Assembly (NCBI GenBank): GCA_963709405.1
Contig: CAVPXM010000055.1
Coordinates: forward strand, 32,001-96,000
Length of the DNA: 64,000 nucleotides
Direction of reading: 5' to 3'
Source: an uncultured Nitrososphaerales archaeon
GTDB taxonomy: Archaea > Thermoproteota > Nitrososphaeria > Nitrososphaerales > Nitrososphaeraceae
Below the pieces are notes generated by a model. It was not told the DNA's origin and ran no database searches. It worked only from the letters and a program-made list of their open reading frames with translations. The translations under genes and the position numbers were made by a program. Shown here piece after piece: positions 21,707 to 32,290 of this stretch. The stretch's first letter is position 1; each line of letters begins with the position of its first letter.

Positions 21707-22738
21707 TTAGTTTGTAATAACTACTTTCATCGTATCAGTTGCCCTGTGTGCCTGTTTGACTGCACTAGCAGAACATTGTAATTTAAAGCGATGTGTTACC
21801 AAACCCTTCATATTTAGACGTCCATTAGTTATCAGCTGTAAGGCTAGATTTGTCTCTATCTCTGATGCCGCATAGCTCGGCACGATACAATGTTCGTTCG
21901 CATAGATCCGTGATAAGTCTAGCGATATCATTACATCCTTTGACGGAACTCCGAACAAAACTATTGTCCCAGCCCTTCGTGTCACGTCTAAACCGCTTCG
22001 AATGGCTGCCGCATTGCCAGTCGCGATAATCGACACATCGACGCCCCTCTTTTCAGTCAAGTCATCTACCAAATTCTTTAATGACATATGATTGGCGTTT
22101 AAAGTCTCAAAGTCTCCGAATTTCTTCGCAAAATCTAGTCTGAATTGATTAAAATCGATAATTATTACTTTACTCGCCCCAGAGGATTGGACAAGCATGG
22201 AAAGCATTACACCTGCTGGTCCGGCCCCGAATATGGCGACTTTATCCCCATACTCAAATCGGCTATGCCTAATAGCTCTGAGACAACATGCTAATGGTTC
22301 GATCAGCGAAGCTTCCTCGAAGGAAACATTACTCGGTAGCTTTATCACACCCCCTCGATCAATATTCCATTGAGGGACTAAGAACTGCTCAGAAAGGCCA
22401 CATGGCTCTATATTACTTTTTTGGTACATGGAACACATGGTAGAATTGCCGTGTAGGCAGAAGTAGCACGAAGAACAACCGACATGGTGATGCACGAATA
22501 CCCTTTCACCCTCTTGAAAGTTATGTACTTGATCCCCGATGCTAACTATCTCGCCAGCGGGTTCGTGTCCAAGCCTACCAGATCTCATTCCGTACCTTCC
22601 ATAAATTTTCTCTAAGTCAGAGCCACACAATCCGCACGCCCGCATTTGTACAAGTATGTCTCCACTTCTTATTTTTGGCACCGGGATATCCTTAACTACA
22701 ACACTAGATCTACTTCCGATGAACACTGCTTTCATCAT
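21707..22738 (-). CDS. zinc-dependent medium-chain dehydrogenase (iditol/threonine dehydrogenase-like)
   Basis: CGSD, GHEPAG, CxxCxxCx7C structural Zn site, EPLACC, GAGPAG. Confidence 0.88.
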   Translation of the reverse strand: MMKAVFIGSRSSVVVKDIPVPKIRSGDILVQMRACGLCGSDLEKIYGRYGMRSGRLGHEPAGEIVSIGDQVHNFQEGERVFVHHHVGCSSCYFCLHGNSTMCSMYQKSNIEPCGLSEQFLVPQWNIDRGGVIKLPSNVSFEEASLIEPLACCLRAIRHSRFEYGDKVAIFGAGPAGVMLSMLVQSSGASKVIIIDFNQFRLDFAKKFGDFETLNANHMSLKNLVDDLTEKRGVDVSIIATGNAAAIRSGLDVTRRAGTIVLFGVPSKDVMISLDLSRIYANEHCIVPSYAASEIETNLALQLITNGRLNMKGLVTHRFKLQCSASAVKQAHRATDTMKVVITN

Positions 22739-23292
22739 TCGACTGATTCATTTAGGAATATTAATTTGTACCAAGTCATATTTCCATCACAAGCGTCCTA
22801 TCTTTCATTCAGTAACATATGTCCGGCGACTGTGCGTTTCCAGGGTTCAGACTAAGCGATTCTTATCCCTATTAATTGAATTAAGTCCTTTTGGATCGAC
22901 AACAAAGTCAAAACTACAAATCAATTTGATCTATTTTTCGCATATTTTCTAGGTTTTCTTACAAATATCCCTTTGCATCCTTCACAACAGAAGAAGTAGG
23001 ATTTACCATTGTGATTTAAAGAAACCGCTATCTCCTCATCTAATTCTATTCCACAGACTGGGTCTAAAGGCATCAGTAAAATAATCCTAACAAGACGCTC
23101 TATTTCTAGCTAATCAAAACCTAAGGGCTACTAGATAGGATGCAATTGATTCCAGTACCATCGGGTATACTACGGGAAAATCCTCAACTAGTCGGATATT
23201 GATCTACACCATATAAAGTCACAATAGAAGAGCGATTTGTCAAGTTATTCTGATGGAATAACTCAAATTGATGAATTATGAGATGAACTGTA

Positions 23293-23463
23293 TTGTCATA
23301 TCCTTGCATCGAAATAAGTTGTGGGAAATGCGGTTGCCAAATAAGCAAGATTATACAGTTGAAGGCTATAAGGGATCTTCTTCGTCCACACAACGGAAGG
23401 TGTAAATTCTGCGGGAATTCCTTGAGTTCAACCGACTTCATAATTAATATGGAAAAGCAATAG
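23293..23463 (+). CDS. putative 56-aa zinc-ribbon microprotein (not in ORF track)
   Basis: Hand translation from TTG: MSYPCIEISCGKCGCQISKIIQLKAIRDLLRPHNGRCKFCGNSLSSTDFIINMEKQ*; two CxxCG knuckles. Confidence 0.75.
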   Translation: MSYPCIEISCGKCGCQISKIIQLKAIRDLLRPHNGRCKFCGNSLSSTDFIINMEKQ

Positions 23464-23634
23464 TCGATCCACAAGAATAGTCCCAATTTATTAGACTGTG
23501 TTGGCTGCAATTACAATCAAATAACGATTGCAGAGGTTATTCATTTTAGGTATAATTAGCAGTCGAATGTAGGATCAAATGTTTATTTATTATCGAGTAT
23601 AACACTCGCCTAATTGTCACTCACCAGGATAAAG

Positions 23635-25015
23635 TCATTCCTTAGATTTCTTCATTGCAAGCAAGAGGGCTTGCAATTTTTGATGCGTTTCATTCCATTC
23701 ATTCTTAGCGACCGAGTCAAAAACAATTCCAGCACCAGCCTGGAGATATGCTCTTTTGGAGTCTAGAAATAAAGACCGAATGGTAATCGAAAAATCGCAC
23801 GAACCGTTACATGAGAAATAACCTAATGCGCCGGCATACGGCCCACGGGCTTCCGGCTCAAGTTCATTTATTATTTGCATCGCCCTAACCTTAGGAGCAC
23901 CTGATACAGTCCCTGCAGGAAAAAGCGCTCTAAATGCGTCGAAAGCATCAAGGTTATCGGTTAGAACTCCTGTAACATGTGATACTATATGTTGCACATG
24001 ACTAAATCTCTTTACTGACATAAGTTCTAAGACATCCACGGAACCATACTTTGAGACCCTGCCTATGTCGTTTCTTGCTAGGTCTACTAGCATGGTGTGT
24101 TCTGACACCTCCTTCTTATCATTGAGCATCTCATCTCCTAACCGCCTATTTTCAGCACTGTTCTTGACTGCTGGCCTAGTTCCAGCTATGGGGAACGTTT
24201 CCAGACGATTATCAGTAATTCTGAGAAGCATTTCTGGACTCGAACCAACAATAAAGGACTTATCCATTTTTAGGAAATACATATAGGGAGAAGGGTTTAT
24301 TTCTCTCAAGTTCTGATAAAATAATAGTGGATCTCCGTCTAGTCTAAACTTTAATTTTCGAGATAAAACGACTTGATAAATATCACCCATGTATATATAC
24401 TTCTTCGCCTTGTTTACCATTTTGATAAATTGGTTCTGAGTTAGATTTGACTTGGGTCGAGAGTAGGAGAATCTTGTTTCCCTATCTGGAATTTTGCCCT
24501 CACTTAATATTCGTTTCACGACCCCTTGTCGACTTTTCTTTCCAATGTAAAAATAATAAACAATGTTCTCCCTGTGATTGAAGATGATCCCGTCTGTATA
24601 TATTCCAAATTCCATAGTAGGGAATTTGGATTCCCTCTGTTTAGAAACTGGAGAAATTTTTTCCCATAAACCAATTGCTTCATAGCTAATATAACCAACT
24701 GCACCACCACAATATCTAAAATTCTTACTTGTTATCCTAGGCAGAAGCGAGCGCAACCTTGAAAATGGTTCATCGACCTTCTTTTCGTAAATTTTCTTCC
24801 TGTTTCGACTTGTTACGGTCAAGGTTCTCTCGCTCATCCTAACAATGTATTTTGGGTCGAAACCGATGATGGATGACTCAGAAAAGCTCTTTCGGCCCAA
24901 CCAACGATTCAAATATGAATGCCCTTTCATAGCGATGATATATCTTTTTAAATAGTTCAAATTGATTACAGTCGCACTCTAATTCTACGACGTTAAACCT
25001 ACTTACTCTGGTCAT
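23635..25015 (-). CDS. trpE: anthranilate synthase component I family protein (frameshift near 24885)
   Basis: True N-terminus MTRVSRFNVVEL...AFIFESLVGPKEL from ATG 25015; GGAVGY, GDIYQVVLS, NPSPYM, SSPEML, EHTMLVDLARND, FPAGTVSGAPKVRAM, GAGIV. A PabB-like role is not excluded. Confidence 0.85.
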
Positions 25016-25098
25016 CCCAGATTCTCAGTATACGAAGGATTCAATAAATACTATTATTGAATCATGCAAGGCTGATCTAGCGATCTTATTTTAACCCC

Positions 25099-25250
25099 GG
25101 CTCTGTGGAAACCATATTTTGAACACCGTTAGAGCTTTGTAGGAGCACAATGCAATATGGATGTTGAAAGAATCAAGATATGGTAGGCTGGCTGGCAAAT
25201 ACTATGTGCCGTGTTTTGAGAAATTCAAGGATATCATTGTATATCATAGA
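25099..25250 (+). mobile_element. left-end remnant of an IS5-family element
   Basis: GGCTCTGTGGAAACC terminus-like sequence, then ATG 25161 MLKESRYGRLA and, after a one-base shift, NTMCRVLRNSRISLY, resembling thaumarchaeal IS5 transposase N-termini as I recall them. Confidence 0.45.
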
Positions 25251-25290
25251 ATATTAATAGTCAGAGCTATAACTTAACAGAGTATACATT

Positions 25291-25908
25291 TTGCCTTTGG
25301 CGATACTTATGCGACACGGAGAAGCTGAAAATAATGTTAATCGAATTTTGGTGGGCAGACATCTAGAATCCCACTTAACTTCATGTGGTAGACAGCAGGC
25401 TAGCGAAGCGGCTCGGTTAATTCAAGACATCCCAATCAAAAAGATATACGCTAGCCCAGTCATTCGAACTATAGAAACTGCTGAAATCGTTTCTAAGATC
25501 CTAGGGATTTCGTACGACATCGATGAACGGCTTTATGAGATTGATCTTGGAAATTTGGTAGGAATGAACTATGAAGAAATAATTAGGAAACATGGGAATC
25601 TCTTCTTAAAATTTTATACAGAGGAGGATCCGACCCTGGCCGACTATGGCGTAGAAAGTTTTTCATCAGTGAAGGAACGAATGACCAGCCTGCTAGAGGA
25701 GATCAGGGAAAATTACGCAAACGAAAATATTTTGATGGTTACCCACTTGGATCCAATTAAGGCTGCTATATCGGCATTGTTTCATTTAGATCCTGAGGCG
25801 TTATATCATATCAGGAATGCTTCCCTCACAATCTTGAAAAATGAAGGTAACCTGTATTCACTATTTGGGGTAAACGTGATGAACATTGATCGGTATTTGA
25901 ACGACTAG
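25291..25908 (+). CDS. histidine phosphatase family protein (PGM/CobC-like)
   Basis: MRHGE, YASPVIRTIETA, DERLYEIDLG, ESF, VTHLDPIK, RNAS. Confidence 0.9.
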   Translation: MPLAILMRHGEAENNVNRILVGRHLESHLTSCGRQQASEAARLIQDIPIKKIYASPVIRTIETAEIVSKILGISYDIDERLYEIDLGNLVGMNYEEIIRKHGNLFLKFYTEEDPTLADYGVESFSSVKERMTSLLEEIRENYANENILMVTHLDPIKAAISALFHLDPEALYHIRNASLTILKNEGNLYSLFGVNVMNIDRYLND

Positions 25909-26064
25909 ATTATTTTTGGAAATTAATGGATCATATCATGTGAGGCAAGTTAAATGTCTATCTTGACTGGAATCATATTATTAGATCCCAATTAAACCAA
26001 TAGATTTGGTCTTTAATTTTCCTCTATTACGAATTATATTAGGTTGAAATATTATATAATTAAA

Positions 26065-26326
26065 GTGGCCAAAATTACAAATTTTTTGGCGAAATATTCT
26101 TCTCAAGTTTGTCATTGTCGATAATAGTGCTGAATATTATTGTCGCAGCGTCATTAATCCGTACTGCCTTTGGCCATTTATCGCACCTTCCGCATTATAA
26201 CGGTGGTGTTTGGGTATCGGGAACTATTATGTCTACCAGGCTATGGATCCAGAATATACGCCTACTAATCAGCCTGCTAAAATGAGTTTTAGCATACAGG
26301 ATTATAATGGCCTGTTATTAGACTAA
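26065..26326 (+). pseudogene. truncated, frameshifted secreted-protein gene
   Basis: Signal-peptide-like LSIIVLNIIVAASLIRTAFG followed by HLSHLPHYNGG; after a shift it reads GIGNYYVYQAMDPEYTPTNQPAKMSFSIQDYNG and stops just before the GT2 gene. Confidence 0.45.
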
Positions 26327-26346
26327 CTGGAAAGATTCATTCGAAG

Positions 26347-27234
26347 TCATGGGACTAGCCGTAGGAGATCTCTTCGGAATCTTCCAAGTGCAGGATAACG
26401 TTCATAAAGTTTTGTTCTATTTATAGAGAGACCGTTCCGTCGTTCATCACGTGAAACGAAATTACTCTCCTGATGATATGTTGTGGCATCGCTTTCGAGA
26501 ACTAGCTTTGTACCATTTTCAAACAGACGCTGTCCGAAATCTATGTCCTCGTAACCATAATTACCATTGAATGTTTCATCCCACAGTCCAACATCAATAG
26601 CATCTTTACGCCAATATGCTACATTTCCTCCATGAAAACAATTGCTTGGGAAAGGGTGAATCTTTAGTTGTTTAAATTCTGGGATTCTCTTGTCTTTACG
26701 AGAAGCTATTAAATTATTCGAAACACTATGGATCTCTGGGAGTGATGATATCAAGGTGAAGTTGCGAGCAATGTCTGCAGGTTGTATATTACTAGCTTCC
26801 ACAAATTTCTTAGGTCCAATCGTTGCAATTTTAGTTGATTTATGAAACCAGACCATGTGCGACTCTAGAAAGCTTGGAGGGCATATCATATCCGCATCAA
26901 GAGAGACAATAACATCATTCCTAGCTACATATATCCCAGCATTTCTAGAGCTGCCGGCACCCCAGCCATTGCTAGAGAGTGTTACCAACTTCATGTTTAT
27001 TTCTCTTTCATACTGTTCTGAGATGAATTTTGCATCGGCATGATTGGCATCAGCTGCTATAATAACCTCAATTCGATCTTTCGGGTAAGTTTGCTGAGTT
27101 AGACTTGTGACAGTCTTTGCAAGTATATCACGTCCAGCGTGAAAGGGAATAACTACGCTAAGAGATAACTCATGCTTACGTGGTTCTGTTTTCACCTTAT
27201 GTTCTATGTCCGTGTAGTCATTAAATAATCCCAA
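26347..27234 (-). CDS. glycosyltransferase family 2 with a GT7-like C-terminal motif
   Basis: SVVIPF, SRNAGI, SLDADM (DxD), GLWDETF..YGYEDIDFGQRL. Confidence 0.88.
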   Translation of the reverse strand: MGLFNDYTDIEHKVKTEPRKHELSLSVVIPFHAGRDILAKTVTSLTQQTYPKDRIEVIIAADANHADAKFISEQYEREINMKLVTLSSNGWGAGSSRNAGIYVARNDVIVSLDADMICPPSFLESHMVWFHKSTKIATIGPKKFVEASNIQPADIARNFTLISSLPEIHSVSNNLIASRKDKRIPEFKQLKIHPFPSNCFHGGNVAYWRKDAIDVGLWDETFNGNYGYEDIDFGQRLFENGTKLVLESDATTYHQESNFVSRDERRNGLSINRTKLYERYPALGRFRRDLLRLVP

Positions 27235-27494
27235 TTATAGATATCCTCCCCCGATACAATTATTTCATTCGTTCACAAAATCTATAAACATTACGTGCGT
27301 GTGTGTGACCCTAGACTATTGATGAGAATAAAAAATTCATGCGTCTGCATCAACGGCATAGTCCAATTGATAGGTTAGGATTCCATATATTACAAGGTCA
27401 AGGCCCCAAATAAAAGGCTAGAGTTATGCAATTTGGTTCCCATTTGTAAATTTTCATAAGCCGAGTCAATACCGAAGATTACTATTCAAATTAT

Positions 27495-27830
27495 TATGCA
27501 ATAGTCAAGTTTTCCATTAGATCAGATGTACCCGAAAATACTACGAGAGAAGGATTAGGCAATTCCTGGATTTCATTAATTCTGACCTTGAAGACGATGA
27601 TATAGAAAATCGAACTAATGCATTTGCATATACGGCAATTCAAGAAATAAAATCGGCAGTAGAACATATGATAAGGTTTTTAAAATATCAAAAAAGCAGA
27701 GTTGAAAATGGTGACATAACTGTTGCAACTTTACGTAATTATGTTAAAGCTGTCAAATCATTTTGTGACGTTTGCGGTATTACGATCCCCTGGAAGTAAA
27801 TCACAAGAGGTCTACCAAGAGGCAAGTCTT
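27495..27830 (+). pseudogene. tyrosine integrase N-terminal remnant
   Basis: RKYYERRIRQFLDF...MIRFLKYQKSRVENGDITVATLRNYVKAVKSFCDVCGITIPWK*ITRGLPRGK, matching thaumarchaeal integrase N-termini; in-frame TAA at 27797-27799; catalytic domain absent. Confidence 0.75.
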
Positions 27831-28435
27831 CAATGAGAGGGTAAAAGAATTGTCACAAATATGGATTAGTCGATTAACTGAAGTGTATGTTTCTGCATCA
27901 ATTTCATACCAGTTGACTAGAAAATCATAACAAGTATATAACAATGAGTAATAGTACTTGAAACATCACTTGCGATTTCGATCTTCAAAGGCTCATGCAT
28001 ATCTAAAATGTCTATTTAATGCTCTGATTGGTCCTCCCCAAAATATCGGAATTGTAGTTAGTGTAAAACCATTCTAATGAATCAGCTATTGTACCCATAT
28101 TTAGGATATTCAAAACTAAGCCAAATGGATGATTTTAATGCGAAATTCTTTAGATCTTTACTTCAATATTGTCCTAATCAATTCCCAGTAATAACCAGAG
28201 TGAATTTCACGACAAGATATCTATCCGTTTGTAGAATTAATGACTTTTAGATGTTCATTTTAATTTCGTGTGGAACGCTTTAGGGTTTCTCGAAGATGCA
28301 TGCGGATTTGCTATACTTCCTTACATATAGAACGCTTATTCATTCAGCCTTTCAAAGCTATGCGTCACTTAGCATTACCTAACACCACTAAATCGTTCCT
28401 AGATTTCAATAATAAATCTTCTGCAGAAAACTCGT

Positions 28436-28792
28436 CTATGAACTGCTTTTGCTTTTTGTCCTTGCATACTTGCTGGCACATTTTCTGGAAGAATAACTCT
28501 TGACGCTACTAATATCTAATCCTCCCAGCCCGTGTTGATATTTTTCCCAAGAATTAGATCTACCAAAGAGGTTATCTCACTTCGCAGATGTTGATGCTGA
28601 TTGTGCATTTAACGTCAGATGAAGAGTCTCATGGCTGAGTAGGGAGCTGGCTATTTCTGCTATTCTACCTTCACTATCGTATAATTGCCAAGATCTATAA
28701 TTAGAAATAAAGGCACGAGATTTTCCGTAGTAATGAACGTACATTAAGCCACGTTTGCCGGCTGCCCCACGCATGATAAGATCGACCACCAA
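28436..28792 (-). pseudogene. small HExxH (zincin-like) protein interrupted by an in-frame TGA
   Basis: LLSHETLHLTL motif; the frame continues past TGA (28577-28579) as DNLFGRSNSWEKYQHGLGGLD to TAG at 28436. Confidence 0.5.
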
Positions 28793-29020
28793 ATTCCTCG
28801 TCTCGATTTGATTAATGCATATCTATTGATTAATCTATCCTTGAAAAAAATGTCAAGTAAGTATGTTTTCTTTGTCAGATTTACAAAATTGTGCTATCTA
28901 TTATTTAATAGAGATTCAGATACAAAACTATTTTATCAAAATTATCCGATATAGATTCCGGCTCTTGTTAAATTCACGGTTTTCTATAGCTCGATGAGTA
29001 GATATTTGTGCGCATATTAG

Positions 29021-29220
29021 AAAGTTTTGGATGATTCCAGAATAATGAAAGGAGGAAGGATTACGATGCCTGAGAAAGCGAGAGGAAAACTAGGCATAAA
29101 GGATGGTGATTTCTTTCCTTTTTTTTATTGATCAAGAATGAACTTGTAAAGATAGAGAAAGTAGAATTTGATTTGGATAAAGAAACTAAGCACTTAGAGA
29201 AGTTAGGAAAGAAAAATTAG
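29021..29220 (+). pseudogene. AbrB/MazE/SpoVT-type DNA-binding protein remnant
   Basis: KVLDDSRIMKGGRITMPEKARGKLGIKDGD, the AbrB motif GRITxPxxxRxxLGIxxGD; frameshift at a poly-T run, start lost. Confidence 0.6.
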
Positions 29221-29324
29221 TGTAAGTTAACATGGTTTAGATTGTCTATGGTTAGTTTATGTTTTACATACAAATATCAGACAAACCGTTTTGTTTGTTT
29301 TAAATAATTACAACGTATGACATA

Positions 29325-29345
29325 AGATTAGGTAATACCTAATCT
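29325..29345. promoter_or_regulatory. perfect 21-bp palindrome, candidate operator upstream of glycerate kinase
   Basis: AGATTAGGTA-A-TACCTAATCT, about 45 bp upstream of a TATA-like TATATATTTA. Confidence 0.5.
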
Positions 29346-29432
29346 AAGATTAACCTGATTATCCTTACAATCGAAAATTCTTATACTAGATATATATTTA
29401 CATTCCATTCAATAATATTTGAGAAAAATAGC

Positions 29433-30833
29433 TTGCGAACAATTTTGAATCGTAAAAGTCTTGAAGCTGTTAATAGAAATTCTAAGTCAATTCATTTCGC
29501 ACTTTCAGCAATAGAAGCTGCCATGAGGTCAGTAGATCCGGTACTTTTAATCAAGAATAATATGAAGTTGAAGGGTCATAATCTCATAATTACCGATCTC
29601 TTTAAAAACATAGTTAATATTGATTTATTTACTATTCAAAGGATCTATATTATCGGTGCCGGTAAGGCTTCAGGCAAGATGGCACTTGCGGTCCATAGAT
29701 TACTAAGGGAGAGGGAGGTTGAAGGAGCAGTGAATGTACCTTACGGTTCGAATATGCGATCTGATGCAATTTCAATAACCGAAGCCGGACATCCAATACC
29801 GGACGAGAACGGTATAGAGGGTACTAAAAAAATATTAGGTATATTAAAGAAGACACACAAATTCGATCTTGTCATTGTTCTAATTTCTGGCGGTGGATCT
29901 GCTCTATTACCGATGCCAACACGAGGAATTTCATTATCGACCAAGCAATCAGTTACTCGCTCTTTGCTGTTGGCGGGGGCTTCCATCGAAGAGGTCAATA
30001 CTGTACGAAAACATCTATCCGAAGTTAAGGGGGGAAGGCTTCTTCAACATTTTCGTGAGAGATGTAGAGTTATATCAATAATTATTTCTGATGTTATAGG
30101 CGATGACCTAAGCATAGTTGCCTCTGGTCCTACTTTTCCTGACTGCTCCACGTATCAACAAGCCGTGGAAATCCTCAAGAAATATCTAGTATGGGATAGC
30201 AGTATGGCAGGAATTGTTACTGTCAAAAAGGTCATATTAAAGGGAAAGGATGGTGGAATTCCAGAAACTATAAAAATTGGGGACCAGGTTTTAACTAATG
30301 TTAGTAATATCATAATTGGTAACAACGAATTGGCATGCAAAGCAGCAATGAAGACGCTTAATAGGATGAAAATCAATACCATATATCTGGGTTCGTCGTT
30401 CGGCGGCTTAGCCATTGACCACGGTAGGTATCTTGCCCATCTAGCCAGCCAATTCTCTTCAAACTGTCTACCATCAGCATTTGTATTAGGTGGAGAGACT
30501 GTTGTCAAAGTTAGCAATGGCCATCTAGGTGGAACAGGAGGGAGAAATCAAGAAGCTGCACTGGCTTCAGCGATGAGTTTCAAATACAAAAAAGATATGG
30601 ATCTAACAATTTGTTGCCTAGGTACGGATGGGATAGATGGCAATTCTACATACGCGGGTGCAGTTGTAACCCCCAGAATTTTTCGATTAGTACAGGGTAG
30701 GAAAGAAAAATATAAGGGATATTTGGCTGAACATGATACTAGCAATGCATTTAGAGAACTGAAATCCTTGATCGTTACTGGAAGGACAGGTACAAATGTT
30801 AATGATATTTCTATAATGGTTAGAGTTAAGTAA
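29433..30833 (+). CDS. gck: glycerate 2-kinase (MOFRL family)
   Basis: GAGKAS, AGHPIPD, ISGGGSAL, VRKHLSEVKGG, SDVIGDD..IVASGPT, GGETVV, GGRNQE, GTDGIDGNS, TGTNVND. Confidence 0.92.
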   Translation: MRTILNRKSLEAVNRNSKSIHFALSAIEAAMRSVDPVLLIKNNMKLKGHNLIITDLFKNIVNIDLFTIQRIYIIGAGKASGKMALAVHRLLREREVEGAVNVPYGSNMRSDAISITEAGHPIPDENGIEGTKKILGILKKTHKFDLVIVLISGGGSALLPMPTRGISLSTKQSVTRSLLLAGASIEEVNTVRKHLSEVKGGRLLQHFRERCRVISIIISDVIGDDLSIVASGPTFPDCSTYQQAVEILKKYLVWDSSMAGIVTVKKVILKGKDGGIPETIKIGDQVLTNVSNIIIGNNELACKAAMKTLNRMKINTIYLGSSFGGLAIDHGRYLAHLASQFSSNCLPSAFVLGGETVVKVSNGHLGGTGGRNQEAALASAMSFKYKKDMDLTICCLGTDGIDGNSTYAGAVVTPRIFRLVQGRKEKYKGYLAEHDTSNAFRELKSLIVTGRTGTNVNDISIMVRVK

Positions 30834-30902
30834 TGAGTATTACTATCCTATACAATGTTTTCCTTTGTTAATAGTGATACTATTGTAGGTTTGTTGTGTT
30901 TA

Positions 30903-31832
30903 TCAGGGCATCATCCGTATCGTGACCTGATTATCGGTTACTCTAATTTGCCTTCCGTTGGCAGTTATAACTACTAACGAACCGTCAAAATCGATGTCAG
31001 ATACATATGCTTCATACCACGTGTTATCTTTATTTATAATTAGTACATGCTTATTGATCGTCTCACATCTTTTTTTCCATTCGCTTAAAATGAATGATTC
31101 CCTGTGTTCCAGCTCGTCATAGTAGTAATCTAATTTTTGTAATATTCGTGCTACAAGCTTCCCGCAATCAATATCCTTTCCTAACATTTCGTTCTTCAAG
31201 GAACCAACCTGGTAGGTGTCGCCTACAGACTTGCCAATAAACTTTAGTGACGTGTCGTCTAGATTCGCGTTTATCCCTATTCCGACTATTAGATACTTTA
31301 GCGTCATCCTTTCAGCACCAATTGAAATCAGGATGCCAGAGACCTTCTTTGATTGTATGACGATGTCATTAGGCCATTTCACTTTTGACTCTAATCCGGT
31401 TTCGACACGGATAGCCTCACATACGGAAAGCGAAGCAACGAATGACATGAAGAATGACTTATTCAATGTTATCTTCGGTCTCATAATTAATGAAAGCCAA
31501 ATTCCACCCTGGGGAGATAACCACTTCTTGCCATTCCTTCCTTTTCCTCCTCTCTGTTCAGTTGCGATAATTAATGTTTTGTCTAACTCCAAATTTGTCT
31601 CTGAGAGAAAAACTGCGATATCTTGTGTCGATTCGACTGTGTCATAGAAGAATACTCTGTTGCATGTATAGTTTTTCTTTGTGGTTGCAAAGTAATTCAA
31701 CAGATAGCCATTGCCTCTCATTATAAATGGTGTATTTATCTGTGCGGAGGGAGAGTGTATTAACTCTTTTAAGTAAAAGGCGGCAAGCGGTAGTTGAGCC
31801 AATAGAGTCAGTAGAAAATACAGCTTTATCAT
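30903..31832 (-). CDS. birA: biotin--[acetyl-CoA-carboxylase] ligase (no obvious N-terminal HTH; start uncertain)
   Basis: ESTQD, EQRGGKGRNGKKWLSP, KWPND, KKVSGIL, GIGIN. Confidence 0.88.
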   Translation of the reverse strand: MIKLYFLLTLLAQLPLAAFYLKELIHSPSAQINTPFIMRGNGYLLNYFATTKKNYTCNRVFFYDTVESTQDIAVFLSETNLELDKTLIIATEQRGGKGRNGKKWLSPQGGIWLSLIMRPKITLNKSFFMSFVASLSVCEAIRVETGLESKVKWPNDIVIQSKKVSGILISIGAERMTLKYLIVGIGINANLDDTSLKFIGKSVGDTYQVGSLKNEMLGKDIDCGKLVARILQKLDYYYDELEHRESFILSEWKKRCETINKHVLIINKDNTWYEAYVSDIDFDGSLVVITANGRQIRVTDNQVTIRMMP

Positions 31833-32290
31833 TCGCCAAGGAAGTGAATGAAGTAATTAAGCCAGCTAAACTGGTTGAATTCACTGATCTTATGTCTATC
31901 AATACAATGGAAGTATTCTGCTTAAAAGATATCATGAATGTTATTTGGGATTTTGTTTGAATCGGAAATATTTAATCAAAATTTTTGTGAATCAGTTAGG
32001 ATGACAGTTGGGTTTGAACGATCGATTAACCCGTGTACATCACACTACTGTATTAATCGGATAGATAGTTTCGCAAGTACAACCCTACTTGACTTTTCTA
32101 AATATATCTGAGTCTAGAAAGACAAGGAGCAGAAATACAAACGAAATATGGTAATGAGACAATAAATTCAAGATAAGAGATTGGCTCTGTTGCTATATTT
32201 GTTATCGATTTCTCTGGTTCCGCTACGTATAGCATCAGGTGTTTTTATTTGAAATGATGAGTAATGACACTTTTGGTGTATTCCGATTTT

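Noticed and set aside
23184-23510. 108-aa minus-strand ORF
   Set aside because: Antisense shadow of the 56-aa zinc-ribbon ORF on the plus strand
28577-28579. Selenocysteine recoding at the in-frame TGA
   Set aside because: The context is not redox- or Cys-like, no SECIS is evident, and it lies within a decayed island
31642-31960. ORFs 31642-31935 (-) and 31727-31960 (+) as a possible BirA HTH domain or separate genes
   Set aside because: No HTH signature; they overlap the birA 5' region and look spurious
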